The notes under the pieces are model-generated. The model ran no database searches. It was given only the letters and a program-made list of their open reading frames with translations, and was not told where the DNA came from. The position numbers and the translations under genes are program-made. Of a stretch of 64,000 bases of DNA, positions 23,460-36,394 are shown in pieces. The DNA comes from Camelus dromedarius (taxonomy: Eukaryota). The first letter of the stretch is position 1. Every line of letters starts with the position of its first letter. The stretch covers positions 11,348,001-11,412,000 of the forward strand of contig NC_087438.1 in assembly GCF_036321535.1 (NCBI RefSeq). Direction: 5' to 3'.

Positions 23460-23700
23460 CTCTGAGCATAGAATCTGGAATCCAACTGCCCAGAGCTCCG
23501 TGCCACGTCCTCCACCTAGCTGTCTGACACTGAAACTTTCTCAGCATCTTCAACCTCTCTGTGCCTCAGTTTCTCAACTGTAAAATTAGAGACTAACAGT
23601 ATCTACCTCAAAGTTGCACCATGAGCTTTAAATGAGGTAGCTCGTGTAAAGACTGAGAGTAGTGGTTGTACATTCTTTGTCTTAAATAAACATTAGCCAT
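23460..23700 (+). mobile_element. MIR SINE
   Basis: Core caacctctctgtgcctcagtttctcaactgtaaaat...atctacctca. Confidence 0.75.
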
Positions 23701-24670
23701 GATTCCCACGTCCATGTATTATTAAAATCACCCACACCAGCATTTTCCTTAGCAAACCATTTTATCAGATGACCGCTAGCCTGGTCACTGCCCAGATCAT
23801 TAAGTGCTAAAGAAAACTTCCTGTTACGAAGATTCCTCTTTCCTTTTCCTTATCATCATCAAATTATGCTTTGAAAATCTCATCAATACGCTACATCCTT
23901 TTGATAACAACGGAGTGTTTGAGAATCTCCAGCGCCCCTGATGTTTTAGAGCAGCCTTTCTGAAGTTTAATCCATGATCCCAGAGGGAATCACAGGCATC
24001 AGACTCAACTCTCAGACAGGAAGATCAGGAAACAGAGGTACAGGCCCTATTTTCCAAACTGTGACGCATGGACACCAGATGTTAATGAGTTTTCACTGAG
24101 AATGGTCCTGTGAGGACATCTGTTTGGAAGATTAGATTAAGTAAAATTAGACAGGCTTAGCTTAAGGCTCTGGACTTCTTAAGTCCTTTTAGCCATGTGA
24201 AGTCCATGCATGAGTTCCCAGTGTCCCTCTGGGCAGGGTGGTCTGTCCAGTGGACAGAGTGTGGCCTCTGTAAGTAGGTGCACTGTTCTGGATTCCTTGC
24301 TAGTTCATAACTAGCTGTGTGTGGGGGTGTGGGGTGGTGCTTATTGCACTTAGCTGGGTCTCATTACCCTCAGCTCTAAAATGGGAATAATACCTGCCTT
24401 GCAAGATTATCTTACAGATGACAGATGACTCTGGCTAAAATGCTGAGCACAGTGTCCGGCTCTTAGTCGGTGCTCAGTAAAAGGTAACAAAACTTACTTT
24501 GATAACCTGGAATCGGGTTTATAAAATACATAAATCTAGGATTGAGTCTAACAAGTTTAGTTCTGTGGTTCTTTATTTCAAATATTCTGTTTTCTTTTTG
24601 CATTTTCTTCTCTCCATGAACTTCTCTCCAAAACTTGGTCTGGCTAATTCAAATAAAAATGATTTTGAGA

Positions 24671-24790
24671 GGGGAGGATATAGCTCAGTGGCAGAGTGCG
24701 CGCTTAGCATGCAACAGCTCCTGGATTCAATCCCCAGCACCTCGTTAACAATAAATAAATAAGTTAACTTAATTACCCCCCTCAAAAAAA
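24671..24790 (+). mobile_element. tRNA-Ala-derived camelid-type SINE (Vic-1-like)
   Basis: A box TAGCTCAGTGG, CTTAGCATG, B box GGATTCAATCC, AT-rich tail ending in a CCCCC-A run. Confidence 0.85.
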
Positions 24791-25959
24791 ACTACTTTAT
24801 TCTCAGAGTAAGTCATCTACAGGGGGTGGTATGCCTAGTCATGTATCAAAATAGTAAATATCACATATTTCACTAATGTTTATTTCATACTTGAGGTGCC
24901 ACCTAGGGTCCAGAAATGATATGTTTATGTAAAACATTCAAACAAAGCAACTGGAGAGATTTTACTAGAGAGCCCTTTGCAAAGTTGAGGGCAGGGTTAA
25001 AAGAGATCCTGCAAAAGATGAGCAAGACCTTGGACTGGCTCCTGGGCCTGAGATGGACAAAGACAGTCAAACCCTTGGGGTATTTGCCAGGACTGGGAGA
25101 GAGCGGTAGCTGTGTCTGAAGGTGGAGCATTTGTTTGGTAGAGAAATGGCTGAGTGGAGAGGATGTCAGATAATAAACCCTATGCCCTCTCCTTTCTTCT
25201 GCCTTCTCTGTGCTTGCTGGGCTGCCCATTGGTCAGTTCCAACGAGGGGCCAGAGAGCAGGGGAGCCTAGCGGTGTTGATGGAACCCTTAGAAGGGTATG
25301 GAAGGTTCCAGAGTGGATCTGGTGGAGCAAATGCAGAACATGGCACCAAAGCGTGACCCGTGAAAAAAAATCCAGTTAGTACCTACTTTGCAAGAACAAT
25401 AAGTAATTTTGGTTAATGTTTAAAGAGAAAATCACCTTGTCATCTGAAGTCTTATTAATCACTAAAATCATGATATTATGATAATAAATGGCAAGATCTC
25501 ATTTGATATTATATATTCATAAAGGTAGGAGAAATTACAGAGAAATGAAGTCATAATGCATATGCTGGCTTAGCTGTCAGGCATTTTATGTCAAAGCAAA
25601 CTGTCCTTGACCCCATGAATAAATGATGCTCATCGAATACCTCGCGGGGAAGAGGGGATGAGAGGAAGCAGTAATTAGGGCATTTTCACTCTGCATTTTC
25701 CTTCTAGTTTGATTTAGCGTGTATTCAGTACACACCAAATTAGTCATGTGCTGGTCAGTTATACCTCAATAAAGCTGAAAAAAAGAGGGGAAAAAGTAAT
25801 CTTTCTTCACATCCCCGTTAAATAACATGAAATCTATTTCTTGACTGTCAGACATTCAACTTTCAAAAATTTTCCAGAATGCAGTATGGACGTAAGTGGG
25901 GCACAGTCTTCCCTTTCCAAAGGGCGGACTGTAGTGAAGTGAAATAGACCTTTCTGGGC

Positions 25960-28290
25960 CAGCCACAGCACCGGAAGTGGGGTTGCTGGATGGTGCGGTC
26001 GTTCTGTTTTAATTTCTTGAGGAACTGCTGTACAGTTTTCCGTAGCGGCTGTACCAGTTACATCCACATTCACATCCTCACCAATGCTTGTTATCTCTTG
26101 TCTGTTTGATCACAGCCATTCTAACAGGTGTGGGGTGGTAGTTCATTGCGGTTTTGATTTACATTTCCCTATTCATTAGTGATGTTGAGCACCTTTTCAT
26201 AGACTTTTTGGCTGTTTGTATGTCTTCTTCGGGAAAATGTCTGTTTGCATCCTTTGACCATTTTTTATTTTATTTATTTATTTATTTGTTTGTTTATAGC
26301 TGCTGAGTTGTATTAGTTTCTTGTATATTTTGGATATTAATTCCTTAGTGGATATGTGGCTTGCAGATGTGTTCTCCCATTCCACAGGTTGCCTTTTCAC
26401 TTAGTGATGGTTTCCTTTGCTGTGCAGAAGCTTTTTAGTCTCACGTAGCCCCACTCGTTTATCTTTGCTTTGACTGACTTTGCTTTTGGTGTCAATTCCA
26501 AGAACTCTTTATCAAGATCAATGTCTAGTAGCTTGCCACCTATGTTTTCCTCTAGGATTCTTACGGTTTCAGGTGTTACATTCAAGTTTTAATCCATTTT
26601 GAGTCGATTATTGTGTATAGTCTAAGATAGGGGTGCAGTTTCATTCTTCTGTCTGTGAATACACAGTTTTCCCAACACCATTTATTGAAGGTACTGTCCT
26701 TTCCCCATTGAATATTCTTTGTACCCTTGTCAAATATTAGTTGATCATATCTGCAAGGGTTTATTTCTGGACTCTCTATTCTGTTCCTTTGGTCTGTGTA
26801 TCTAAATTTATGCCAATACCATACTGTTTTGATTCTTTTTTTTTAAATTAGACCAAAGTTTTTTTTAATTGAAGTACAGTCAACTACAATGTGTCAAAAT
26901 CTGGTGTACAGCACAATGTCCCAGTCTTGCATATACATACATATATTTGTTTTCGTATGTCTTTCCATTAAAGGTTATTACAGGATATTGAGCATAGTTC
27001 CCTGTGCTATACAAAACAAACTCTTTTTTTTTAAATCTACTTTTATATATAGTGGCTAGCATTTGTAAATCTCAAACTTCCAAATTTATTCCTTCCCATC
27101 CTCTTTCCCCAATAACCATAAGATTGTTTACTACGTCTGAGAGTCTGTTTCCATTTTGTAGATAAGTTCATAATGTCTTTTTTTTTTTTTTTTTAAGATT
27201 CCACATGTGAGTGATGTCATATGGTATTTTTCTTTCTCTTTCTGGCTTACTTCACTTAGAATGATGTTCTCCAGGTCCATCCATGTTGCTGCAAATGGCA
27301 TTATTTTATTCTTTTTATGGCAGAGTAATATTCCATCTGTCGATGGACATTTAGATTGCTTCCATGTCCTAGCTATTGTATATAGTGCTGCTATGATCAT
27401 TGGGGTGCATGTATCTTTTCACATTAGAGTTTCCTCTGGATGTTTACCCAGGAGTAGGATTGCTGGATCATACGGTAAGTCTATTTTTAGTTTTTTTGAG
27501 GAATCTCTATACTGTTTTCCATAATGGTTGCACCAAACTACATTCCCACCAGCAGTATAGGAGTGTTCCCTTTTCTCCACAGCCTCTCCAGCATTTATAG
27601 TTTGTGGACATTTGAATGATGGCCATTTTGACTGGTGTGAGGTAACACCTTATTGTAGTTTTGATTTGCATTTCTCTGATAATTAGTGATATTGAGCATT
27701 TTTTCATCTGTCTATTGACCATTTGTATATCTTCATTGGAGAAATGCTTGTTTAGGTCTTCTGCCCATTTTTGGATTGGGTTGTTTTTTATCTTATTACT
27801 AAGTTGTATGAGCTGTTTGTATATTCTGGAAATTAAGCCTTTGTCAGTCGCATCATTTGCAAATATTTTCTCCCATTCCGTAGGTTGTCATTTTGTTTTG
27901 CTTATGGTTTCCTTTGCTGTGCAAAAGCTTATGCGTTTAATTAGGTCCCATGTGTTTATTTCTACTCTTATTTCCATTTCCTGAGTAGATTGCTCTAGGA
28001 GAACGTGGCTAAGATTTATGTCAGAGAATGTTTTGCCTATGTTTTCTTGTAGGAGATTTATTGTGTCTTGTCTTATATTTAAATTTTTAAGCCATTTTGA
28101 GTTTATTTTTGTGTGTGGAGTGAGGGAGTGTTGTTTTGACTCTTATTGCTGCATAGTATAGTCTGAAATCAGGAAGTCTGATGCCTCCAGCTTTGTGCTG
28201 CTTTCTCAGAATTGCTTTGGCTGTTAGATTCTTCTCTTCATTGGTCCCATACAAATTTTAGGGTGGTTTTTTTTTTGTTTCTGTGAAAAG
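25960..28290 (-). mobile_element. Older L1 (L1MA/MB-like) ORF2 segment, split by a younger L1 at 26838-28131
   Basis: ORF2 remnant [50 protein letters not shown] (26397-26585); sequence resumes after 28144 (gtatagtctgaaatcaggaagtctgatgcctccagctttg). Confidence 0.85.
26838..28131 (-). mobile_element. Young 5'-truncated L1 (ORF2 C-terminus + 3' UTR)
   Basis: ORF2 remnants [36 protein letters not shown]; poly(T) at left; TSD TGTTTTGA[T/C]TCTT. Confidence 0.92.
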
Positions 28291-29260
28291 TGGAGACAAA
28301 GCTCTGATGCCTGTGTCCACTAAAACCCTTACTCATCCAGACGGATAAGTCATTAAGTTTATGATGCTGTCTTGTTCTAGAATATTTAACTTTTAGCAAG
28401 GAGGGAGGGGTAATCATTCTCTTTTAATCTGGAGCATAACGCAAACGTTGTATTGATTGTCTGAAGCAGAGTTGGGTATAAAGAGTCCACTTTTACCCCA
28501 GGATGCCTTTCTACACATCTGCAACAGTTCTACCGGAAATTTTTAACACTCAGACTGTTTTCCAGAATACCTCAAATTGCTCTGTGAATTATTTAATCCA
28601 ACTACAGTGACATCTCCTGGCCAAGATGAAAGCTAATTGGTAAACATCTTCAGAGGTGATAGAAAATTACAAACAAGGTCTAAAAGAAATTAAAAAAAAG
28701 ATGCTGGCCAAATGTTTTGTTTTAAGGCCATCAGCATTTTCTAGGTTCATATTTTCATTACCCCCAGGTTCAGCACAATAAATAACAAATTTTAAAAGGT
28801 CAGAACGAATAATGTCTCCCTTGACTTAAGAGGGGTAAATAAAGCAAAAAAAGGTGCTTTAATATTGGCAAGTCCTTGTGGGAAATGTTTCCAGAGCCCT
28901 ATGAATGGTGTAGTGAAGATTTGTGCTCCCAGATTCCAGGGCCTTCCCTTCCCTTTTGGTGTGAGTTGGATGAGGGTTTTCATGAATACTTTATCTTTTT
29001 TTTTTTTTCCCTTAACAATTTTGGGAGACAAGGCTAACCAGTGATCACACAATTGTGTGCTGATTTTAGGCTTCTTTATTCCTACTTTGCAACAAAAAAG
29101 CTATTGTTTTCAACCTCCTAATATTGTAAGAGGAGAGGAGGGGGAAAGAAACAAAGGTCTTTCCTCTATAGATAGAAATTTGGCTTCAATACAGGCCAGA
29201 GAGAGCAAGGAGGGAGCATTTCCTGTAGGAAATATTGTTCAGCTTTTTTTTTTTTACATA

Positions 29261-29400
29261 GTTTTTTTTTTTTTTTAATTTTTTTAGAGGGGGAGGTAGT
29301 TAGGTTTACTTATTTATTTTTAGAGGAGGTACTGGGGCTTGAACCCAGGACCTTGTGTGTGCTAAGCATGTGCTCTACCACTTGAGCTATATCCTACCCC
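29261..29400 (-). mobile_element. tRNA-Ala-derived camelid-type SINE (Vic-1-like)
   Basis: Reverse of GGGGTAGGATATAGCTCAAGTGGTAGAGCACATGCTTAGCA...GGTTCAAGCCCCAG; flanked by cagcttttt repeats. Confidence 0.88.
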
Positions 29401-29469
29401 TTCCAGCTTTTTTTTTTTTTAGCTTTTTTTTCTAGCTTCATGTCTTCCTGTGATGCCTTAGCAATTGTT

Positions 29470-30899
29470 TTTTTTTAAGAAATTTTATTTTATTTTATTT
29501 TTAACTTATTTTTATTGATTTATAATCATTTTACAATATTGTGTCAAATTCCAGTGTAGAGCACAATTTTTCAATTATACATGAACATATATGTATTCAT
29601 TGGCACATTACTTTCTCTGTGAGCTACCATAAGATCCTGTATATATTTCCCTGTGCTATACAGTATAATCTTGTTTATCTATTCTACAATTTTGAAATCC
29701 CAGTCTATCTCTTCCTACCCACCACCACCTTGGCAACCACAAGTCTCTATTCTATTCTATGAGTCTATTTCTGTTCTGTATTTATGCTTTGTTTGTTTGT
29801 TTGTTTGTTTTTTAGATTCCACATATGAGCAATCTCATATGGTATTTTTCTTTCTCTTTCTGGCTTACTTCACTTAGAATGACATTCTCCAGGAGCATCC
29901 GTGTTGCTGCAAATGGCATTATGTTGTCAGTTTTTATGGCTGAGTAGTATTCCATTGTATAAATATACCACATCTTCTTTATCCAGTCACCTGTTGATGG
30001 ACATTTAGGCTGTTTCCATGTCTTAGCTATTGTAAATAATGCTGCTGTGAACATTGGGGTGCAGGTGTCTTCCTGAAGTAGGGTTCCTTCTGGATATAAG
30101 CCCAGGAGCGGGATTCCTGTGTTGTATGGTAAATTTATTCCTAGTCTTTTGAGGAATCTCCATACTGTTTTCCACAGTGGGTGTACCAAACTGCATTCCC
30201 ACCAGCAGTGTAGGAGTGTTCCCTTTTCTCCACAGCCTCTCCAGCATTTGTCATTTGTGGATTTTTGAATGATGGCCATTCTGACTGATGTGAGGTGATA
30301 CCTCATTGTAGTTTTGATTTGCATGTCTCTGATAATTAGTGATATTGAGCATTTTTTCATGTGTCTATTGATCATTTGTATGTCTTCCTTGGAGAATTGC
30401 TTGTTTAGGTCTTCTGCCCATTTTTGGATTGGGTTGTTTGTCTTCCTCTTATTGAGTCATATGAGCTGCTTATATATTCTGGAGATCAAGCCTTTGTTGG
30501 TTTCATTTGCAAAAATTTTCTCCCATTCCGTAGGTTGTCTTTTTGTTTTACTTATGGTTTCCTTTGCTGTGCAGAAGCTTGTAAGTTTCATTAGGGCCCA
30601 TTTGTTTATTCTTGCTTTTATTTCTTCTAAGAGAAAATTTTTGAGATGTATGTCAGATAATGTTTTGCCTATATTTTCCTCTAGGAGGTTTATTGTATCT
30701 TGTCTTATGTTTAAGTCTTTAATCCATTTTGAGTTGATTTTTGTATATGGTGTAAGGGAGTGTTCTAGCTTCATTGTTTTACATGCTGCTGTCCAGTTTT
30801 CCCAACACCATTTGCTGAAGAGACTGTCTTTGTTCCATTGTATATTCTTGCCTCCTTTGTGGAAGATTAGTTGACCAAAAGTTTGTGGGTTCATTTCTG
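29470..30899 (-). mobile_element. Young 5'-truncated L1 (ORF2 C-terminus + 3' UTR), non-functional
   Basis: ORFs 30457-30918 and 29812-30375 translate to L1 ORF2 ([46 protein letters not shown]); TSD AGCAATT[G/C]TT. Confidence 0.95.
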
Positions 30900-32257
30900 A
30901 GCAATTCTTAAAAGACATTTAAGACAGAGGCTGGTGGATAATAGCTTTGGCACAGGAAGCCTTATGTGTGATTCTGTGGTTCCTCATTGTTGGTTACCCT
31001 GCTGCCCAGTCTGGTTTGTGTCTGTGTGTTTTGTTTTTCTACAGTCTTCTCTTACCCCAGGGATCCATCACAAGCAGCTCAAGGACTGGAGAACCCATGG
31101 CTCTGATAAGAGTGGATTAAAAAAAAAAAAAAAAACCTCCAAGAAATTATGGGGGTGGGTGGGGATCAGGTGGAATAAAGAGGTAATAGCATTCACTGAA
31201 CTAGAAAGACTTTCTTCTTATATCATAATTGGACTAGCATTTTTCTAAATATGTCACTATTTGCAGTTCAGAGGGATATAGTGAAAAGATGATTCAGTTT
31301 TTCACACAAGGATTTTAAATGTGTACCCATTTTGTAAGCCTAACGTAATGATCAAGGTCTGATGAAGTGTGCAAGCCTCAATCTGTACAGAATTCTAATG
31401 AAGATATGCCTAAGGGCCAGATATTACAATTATCATCCCAGTACCTTTTCTATGGTGAAAACTTTAAAATCTATGCCCTTTAAGTGTTGCTAATTTGAGC
31501 AAAACGTGCTTACTTTAAAGACTCAGTCACAGAAATTATCTGCAAACAAATGGTGTTTGATTGTTAAAATCAGCTCAAGGTTTTGCTTCTTTTTTTTTTT
31601 TTTTTAAGAGATAAATAAGGATAGTGCTATTGTGGTGAGGATGAGAGAAAATAATATTTTTCTTTTAGGTTAGAAGGCAGTGAGCACACATCTTAATGTT
31701 TTTGATCCTATTCAGTGATCCAAGTAGATGCAAGCATCTCATTGATTTCAAAGCCTCACTCTTCAAATTACAGGGGAAGAAAAACAGGAGCCACATTATA
31801 AAATTGGAATAATAGCAAGCCACAGATAATCAAATTTCTCATTTTCAAATATTTTTGTGATAATCTATAGTCTATTTTTCCAGTTTATAACCTTGCAAGG
31901 TATTTTTCCTGGATAACTTGTCCAATGGACATATCCTCTTACTAAAGCAGTATCCCATTTGAAGTCAAGCCATTGTATTGATCCATTGTATCCACTGTAA
32001 TATTTTAGTGCTATTAATTCTCCACCCAATAGATTACTGGAAGAATGAATTGTCAAATCATGAATAAATCTTGAAATGTAATAGGATTCTCAAAATCAAC
32101 TCTGAAAATCTTTGAATGGTTTTTCTGCCAGAGGAACCAATAATGTCTTATTAGATAAGAGAGGACAAGGACTTTGCTATGAATCATAATGATAAGAGTA
32201 CATTTTCCAATAAATAGCCAGTGGGAAGATCATATGGCAAGTGAGTCCTCTAATTGT

Positions 32258-32474
32258 AAGAGTCAGCAAACTATAACCCACAGGCCAAATATATCCTGCC
32301 TGCTCCTTTAATAAATAAAGTTTTATTGAAACACAGCCACACTCATTTGTTTACATGTAGTCTACAGTTGCTTTTGCAATACATCGCAGAGTTGAATAGT
32401 TAAAGATTGTTTGGCATTCAAAACCTAAAATATTTATTATCCATTTCTTTACAAAAAAAGTTTGCCAACCGCTG
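32258..32474. mobile_element. hAT-Charlie MITE (MER58A-like)
   Basis: gtcagcaaacta...aataaagttttattgaaacacagccacactcatttgtttac...aaagtttgccaacc. Confidence 0.85.
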
Positions 32475-34769
32475 CTCTGCTAGCTTGTCTATTTAGAATC
32501 CGTACCAGTTCCTGAGCCAAACTTCCAAATCAAAATAAAGAGTCCTAAATATAGACACAGGTAAATGCATGAGAAAAAAAAAAGGACAACCATTTCTTAT
32601 AAGGTTTGCAAATGAGGGAAGCATCCAGACCTTTTAGCACCTCAGTGGTAAGTACTTTTTCTCCCATTGGTGCAATTGGTGCAGGATTCACTGGGACTCA
32701 CTGTTTCAGGACAGTGAGCATTATGGAACACCTTTGAATGCCTGAGGTGCTATCAGGTTGGCCAGGTCAGTGCCAAAATGAGGCACAGACAATGTGGCAC
32801 AGAATGGATTTGAGAATGTGCATAACTGAGTAGTCCTAGAACTAGCCAATGGGAGACAGAGAGGCACAGCAGACGTGCTTGCTTTACTCTCACTGACTTT
32901 TCCTTTTCATGCATCTACAGGGTAGTTAAAGAAAGAGCACGACTATCACAGTTAGCATGACACAGTGCACAGTTTTGGCTGGTTTTAAAGAATTCAATTA
33001 TTTGTAGTAATTCTGCACTACAAAGTGGACTGCAAAAAGAACTACAACAGAGCTAAGAGATCATCTTGGCTATTCTCATGAGTGTAGCTTTGAAAAGGAT
33101 TCAGTTATGCCCTGTAAATTAATCTCCTTGCTATGAAAACGAAGGTGGAACAGAACATACAAGACTAGGGTGACCAATAGAAATGGTCACCTAGTCCCAG
33201 ACACTCTTCAGAGTGAACGTGGCTTTAGTAATAATGAAGCCAAGTCAACACGTATAATCCAGGATAATCCTAAGTGAACCTGATTTATGGTCTCCCATGT
33301 AAACATAATCGTGTTGATAATACCTGATGCTGCCAGTGGTTTGGAAGTGCTTGGCTTCAGGGCTGAGCTAGAACATACAATGGCTTTGTAAGAATGACAA
33401 GAAGACATTGCTTTTTGTGGCCAGCGAGAGATAGGCTCACCTTCCTCCAGGCAGGTGCAGCCCTCTTCTATAGGGCATAGCTCGCTGAGTGGCAGATTGA
33501 ATCTTAGACCCCCAGCTGAACTCCTGGCCAAATGTCTGGCAGGATATAACCATATGTGGTTGTTCTGCTAGACACCAGAGAGTGGTCGTGGTAGTAAAAG
33601 CGGGGATGTATCTTGTCCAATGGTTGCAGCATGTCAGCCTTAATCTAAAATCAATACTAATTGAACTACTCTACATTTCAGATAGATGGAAAATACTAGA
33701 TTTTATTAAAAACAAATTAAGACTGATCATAATAATAGCTTAAACAATTTAGACAAGAAATTGATGATGTCTGTGTTTTTTAAAATGTAACTTCAAGCTC
33801 CTGAGAGAAATTAGATGTTCTGAAACTTGAAGTCATCTCAGTCATAAGAAATATTGGCTTATAGATTTGCCCAGACCTTTTGAGGGAAAGTAATTTGGAT
33901 TTTTTCCACTTAATTTTCCAGATAATTGCTGTGGTTCCTCCCCATTTCTATATTAATACAGCCCAGATGACAGAAAAGAGGTAGCAAAGAAAAACGGGAA
34001 CTTTGAGATGGAGGAGTAAAACAAGACGGCCATTACATTAAGAGCATTTCATGTAATTCTTCTGACCACAAGCTGCAGCAGACTGTTCAGTCTGCTATTG
34101 TCCTTCATGTTCCTAGCAGACCCCAAGCTTTTTATTTGAAAATGCTGATGACCAAACAAGTCTGCCTTGAAGCACACAGTCACCCACAGGCTTGCCAAGA
34201 CCCCTCACACTCTGCTGAGTGGACCCTTTCTCTCCTTTACTCAGGACTGATGGAGAAGCAAATAATACCCACTTCAGCACTTTTTTATGTGTTTCTTTTC
34301 TGCCGGTTCCCCTTTTTCTTTGGGTTAACTTCATTTCTTCCATTCCTGAATCTGACAGTTTCCTCACATTGTTTTGAATTTCCTTCAGCACTGATAACTT
34401 AACTTTCTTTTGTAATTCAGCATCACTTTGTGGAAAAGGAGGGATAAAATTTTATGTTTGTATTTGCATGTGTTTTTAAAAAAAGTCTCTAGGGTTCACT
34501 GAAACTAGTAACAGTGGTGACCTTAGAAGCAGTTTGCTGAACAGACGAGATGGAATTGGAAGACTTTTTATTGTGTATCTTGGATTTTTTTTTTACTTTT
34601 ATGGCATATGTGAATTTGTTATTCAAATAAGTTAAAATACTTGTTTAAATCAAAACAAAAACAGAAGACAGTAGCAACTTGAACAAATGCTTCATCAGCA
34701 GCCTCTCCCACAGGAGAATTTTGAAGATCTAGCAGACGTTCACTCTTCTGAGAGAATGGGGTTGACATG

Positions 34770-35291
34770 GTTATGTCAGAGCCCTAAATAAATTTTTACC
34801 TCTAACTTCGCCTGGTCAGCCTATTACTGGAGTGTAAGTTCTTGTCTAGCACAGGAAAGAATTCAAGAGTTAGCCACAGCAAAGGGAAAGTAGATTTATT
34901 TAGGGAGATACACACTCCATAGACAGAGTGTGGACCATCTCAGAAACCTTAAGAGAGATGGCTGCAGGGTATGAGGCTATTAGTTTTTGTAGGCTGTGTA
35001 ATTTCATATGCTAACAGTGGGGGGATTATCCAACTGTTTTGGGGAAGGGGCAGGGATTTCCAGGCATTGGACCCTGTCTTATGGTCAGCCTGGGAACTGT
35101 CATGGTACCTGTGTGTGTGTCACTTAGCATGCTAATGAATTACAGTGAGCCTATAATGAGGCTCAAGGTCTAATGGAAATCTAATCTTCTGCCATCTTGG
35201 GCTGAGTTGGTTCTAAACAGTTTATGTCCTATCCTCAGTTGTTATGTCATTCTTTTAATGGTTCTTCCCTGCCCCCTTCTCTCCTGTCTCA
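34770..35291 (-). mobile_element. ERV1-like solo LTR
   Basis: ~520 bp with TG...CA ends, a reverse-strand AATAAA (tttatt near 34895), gccatcttgg, and ERV1-type LTR text. Confidence 0.7.
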
Positions 35292-36212
35292 GACCTTGGG
35301 GGAGAATGAAATTTCCTGTCTGCAAATGAAGAATCTGACCTAGATTGAAAATTCAGTGTAATAATATACCAGCCTTTGTGGTACAACATGGTGCCTTGAG
35401 GTAGTCCCTTTGCCAGAATTTTTTTCTACTTACTGACAATCAAGTGTAGTTGGGACTCATTCATAAGATAAGCAGTGAGTGGTTGACACGTGCTCAGCAC
35501 CGGCCAGGCAGCTGAACACAAGAGTGAACAAGACCTTCACTCTGCAGGGTGCTCCACCCCATTGTAATTGAGGAGACGGTAATCTAAGTACACAATGTTG
35601 ATGTGCTGTCATGGGTGAAATTCACAGTAGAGTATAACTATAGAGTTCTGTGGGCAGATAGGAGAAGGAGCAACTCTCCTCGCCTAAGATAGATCAAAGA
35701 AGATATGTGCCAGGCTCATTCCCATTAAAACTGAAGTAAAAGGTCTTTTAGGAGTCTCCCCATACCCTCTTGGGAGAAAAAAAGGCCACAATGCTGACTG
35801 TGTCTCAAAGGTTCAGTGCATCATCATACAACACCACACGGATGAGCGTCAAGTCCTTAGAATGCCCATTCCATTCTCCCTGTAGAACACTCCCTCTGGG
35901 AGTTTCATTGGTAGGTCATGAAGAAGTTGACCAACTCTAACCAAAGCAGAGTATCTCTTCCCAAATGTCACTTCCAGCAATGGAAATCACTGAGTGTCAT
36001 TAAGTTCTTTGACTGTTTCTTTGTTTTGTTTTGTTGAATTTCTAACCACTGTACCACAGTCTTTGAGCAAAGTTCTTTTTGAGTTTGTTAGGAAACAATG
36101 ATTTTGAGAAGGGTTGTTGCCCACAGTAAGGAAGAAACACATTTTAATGATAGGACCTTATCCATTTTTATAAATTAATTTTGAAAATGCAAGAGGTATT
36201 ATGTTCCTGTGC

Positions 36213-36302
36213 GACCAAAGTATTGTGCTGTACACCAGAAATTGATACAATATTGTAAACTGACTGTACTTCAATAAAAATATATTAAACTTTAAAAAAA
36301 AG
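36213..36302 (+). mobile_element. Extremely 5'-truncated young L1 3' tail
   Basis: tattgtgctgtacaccagaaattgatacaatattgtaaactgactgtacttcaataaaaa matches the tails of the copies at 23.2 kb and 58.6 kb. Confidence 0.85.
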
Positions 36303-36394
36303 GAAATGCAGGATGAACACATGATAAAACTGAGAATATGTTGGTTGTGAAGGAGGTGCTGTCAAACAGAATATTAAAAGCAGAAAAAAAGTGA

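Noticed and set aside
24671..24745. tRNA-Ala gene (also 29325-29400 and 60470-60540)
   Set aside because: tRNA-like heads have broken stems and are followed by SINE body/AT tails, with TSD-like flanks in two copies; they are SINEs, not tRNAs.
29812..30918. Long ORFs (187 and 153 aa minus; 186 aa plus) as genes
   Set aside because: The minus ORFs are frameshifted L1 ORF2 remnants in a 5'-truncated copy; the plus ORF is their antisense shadow.
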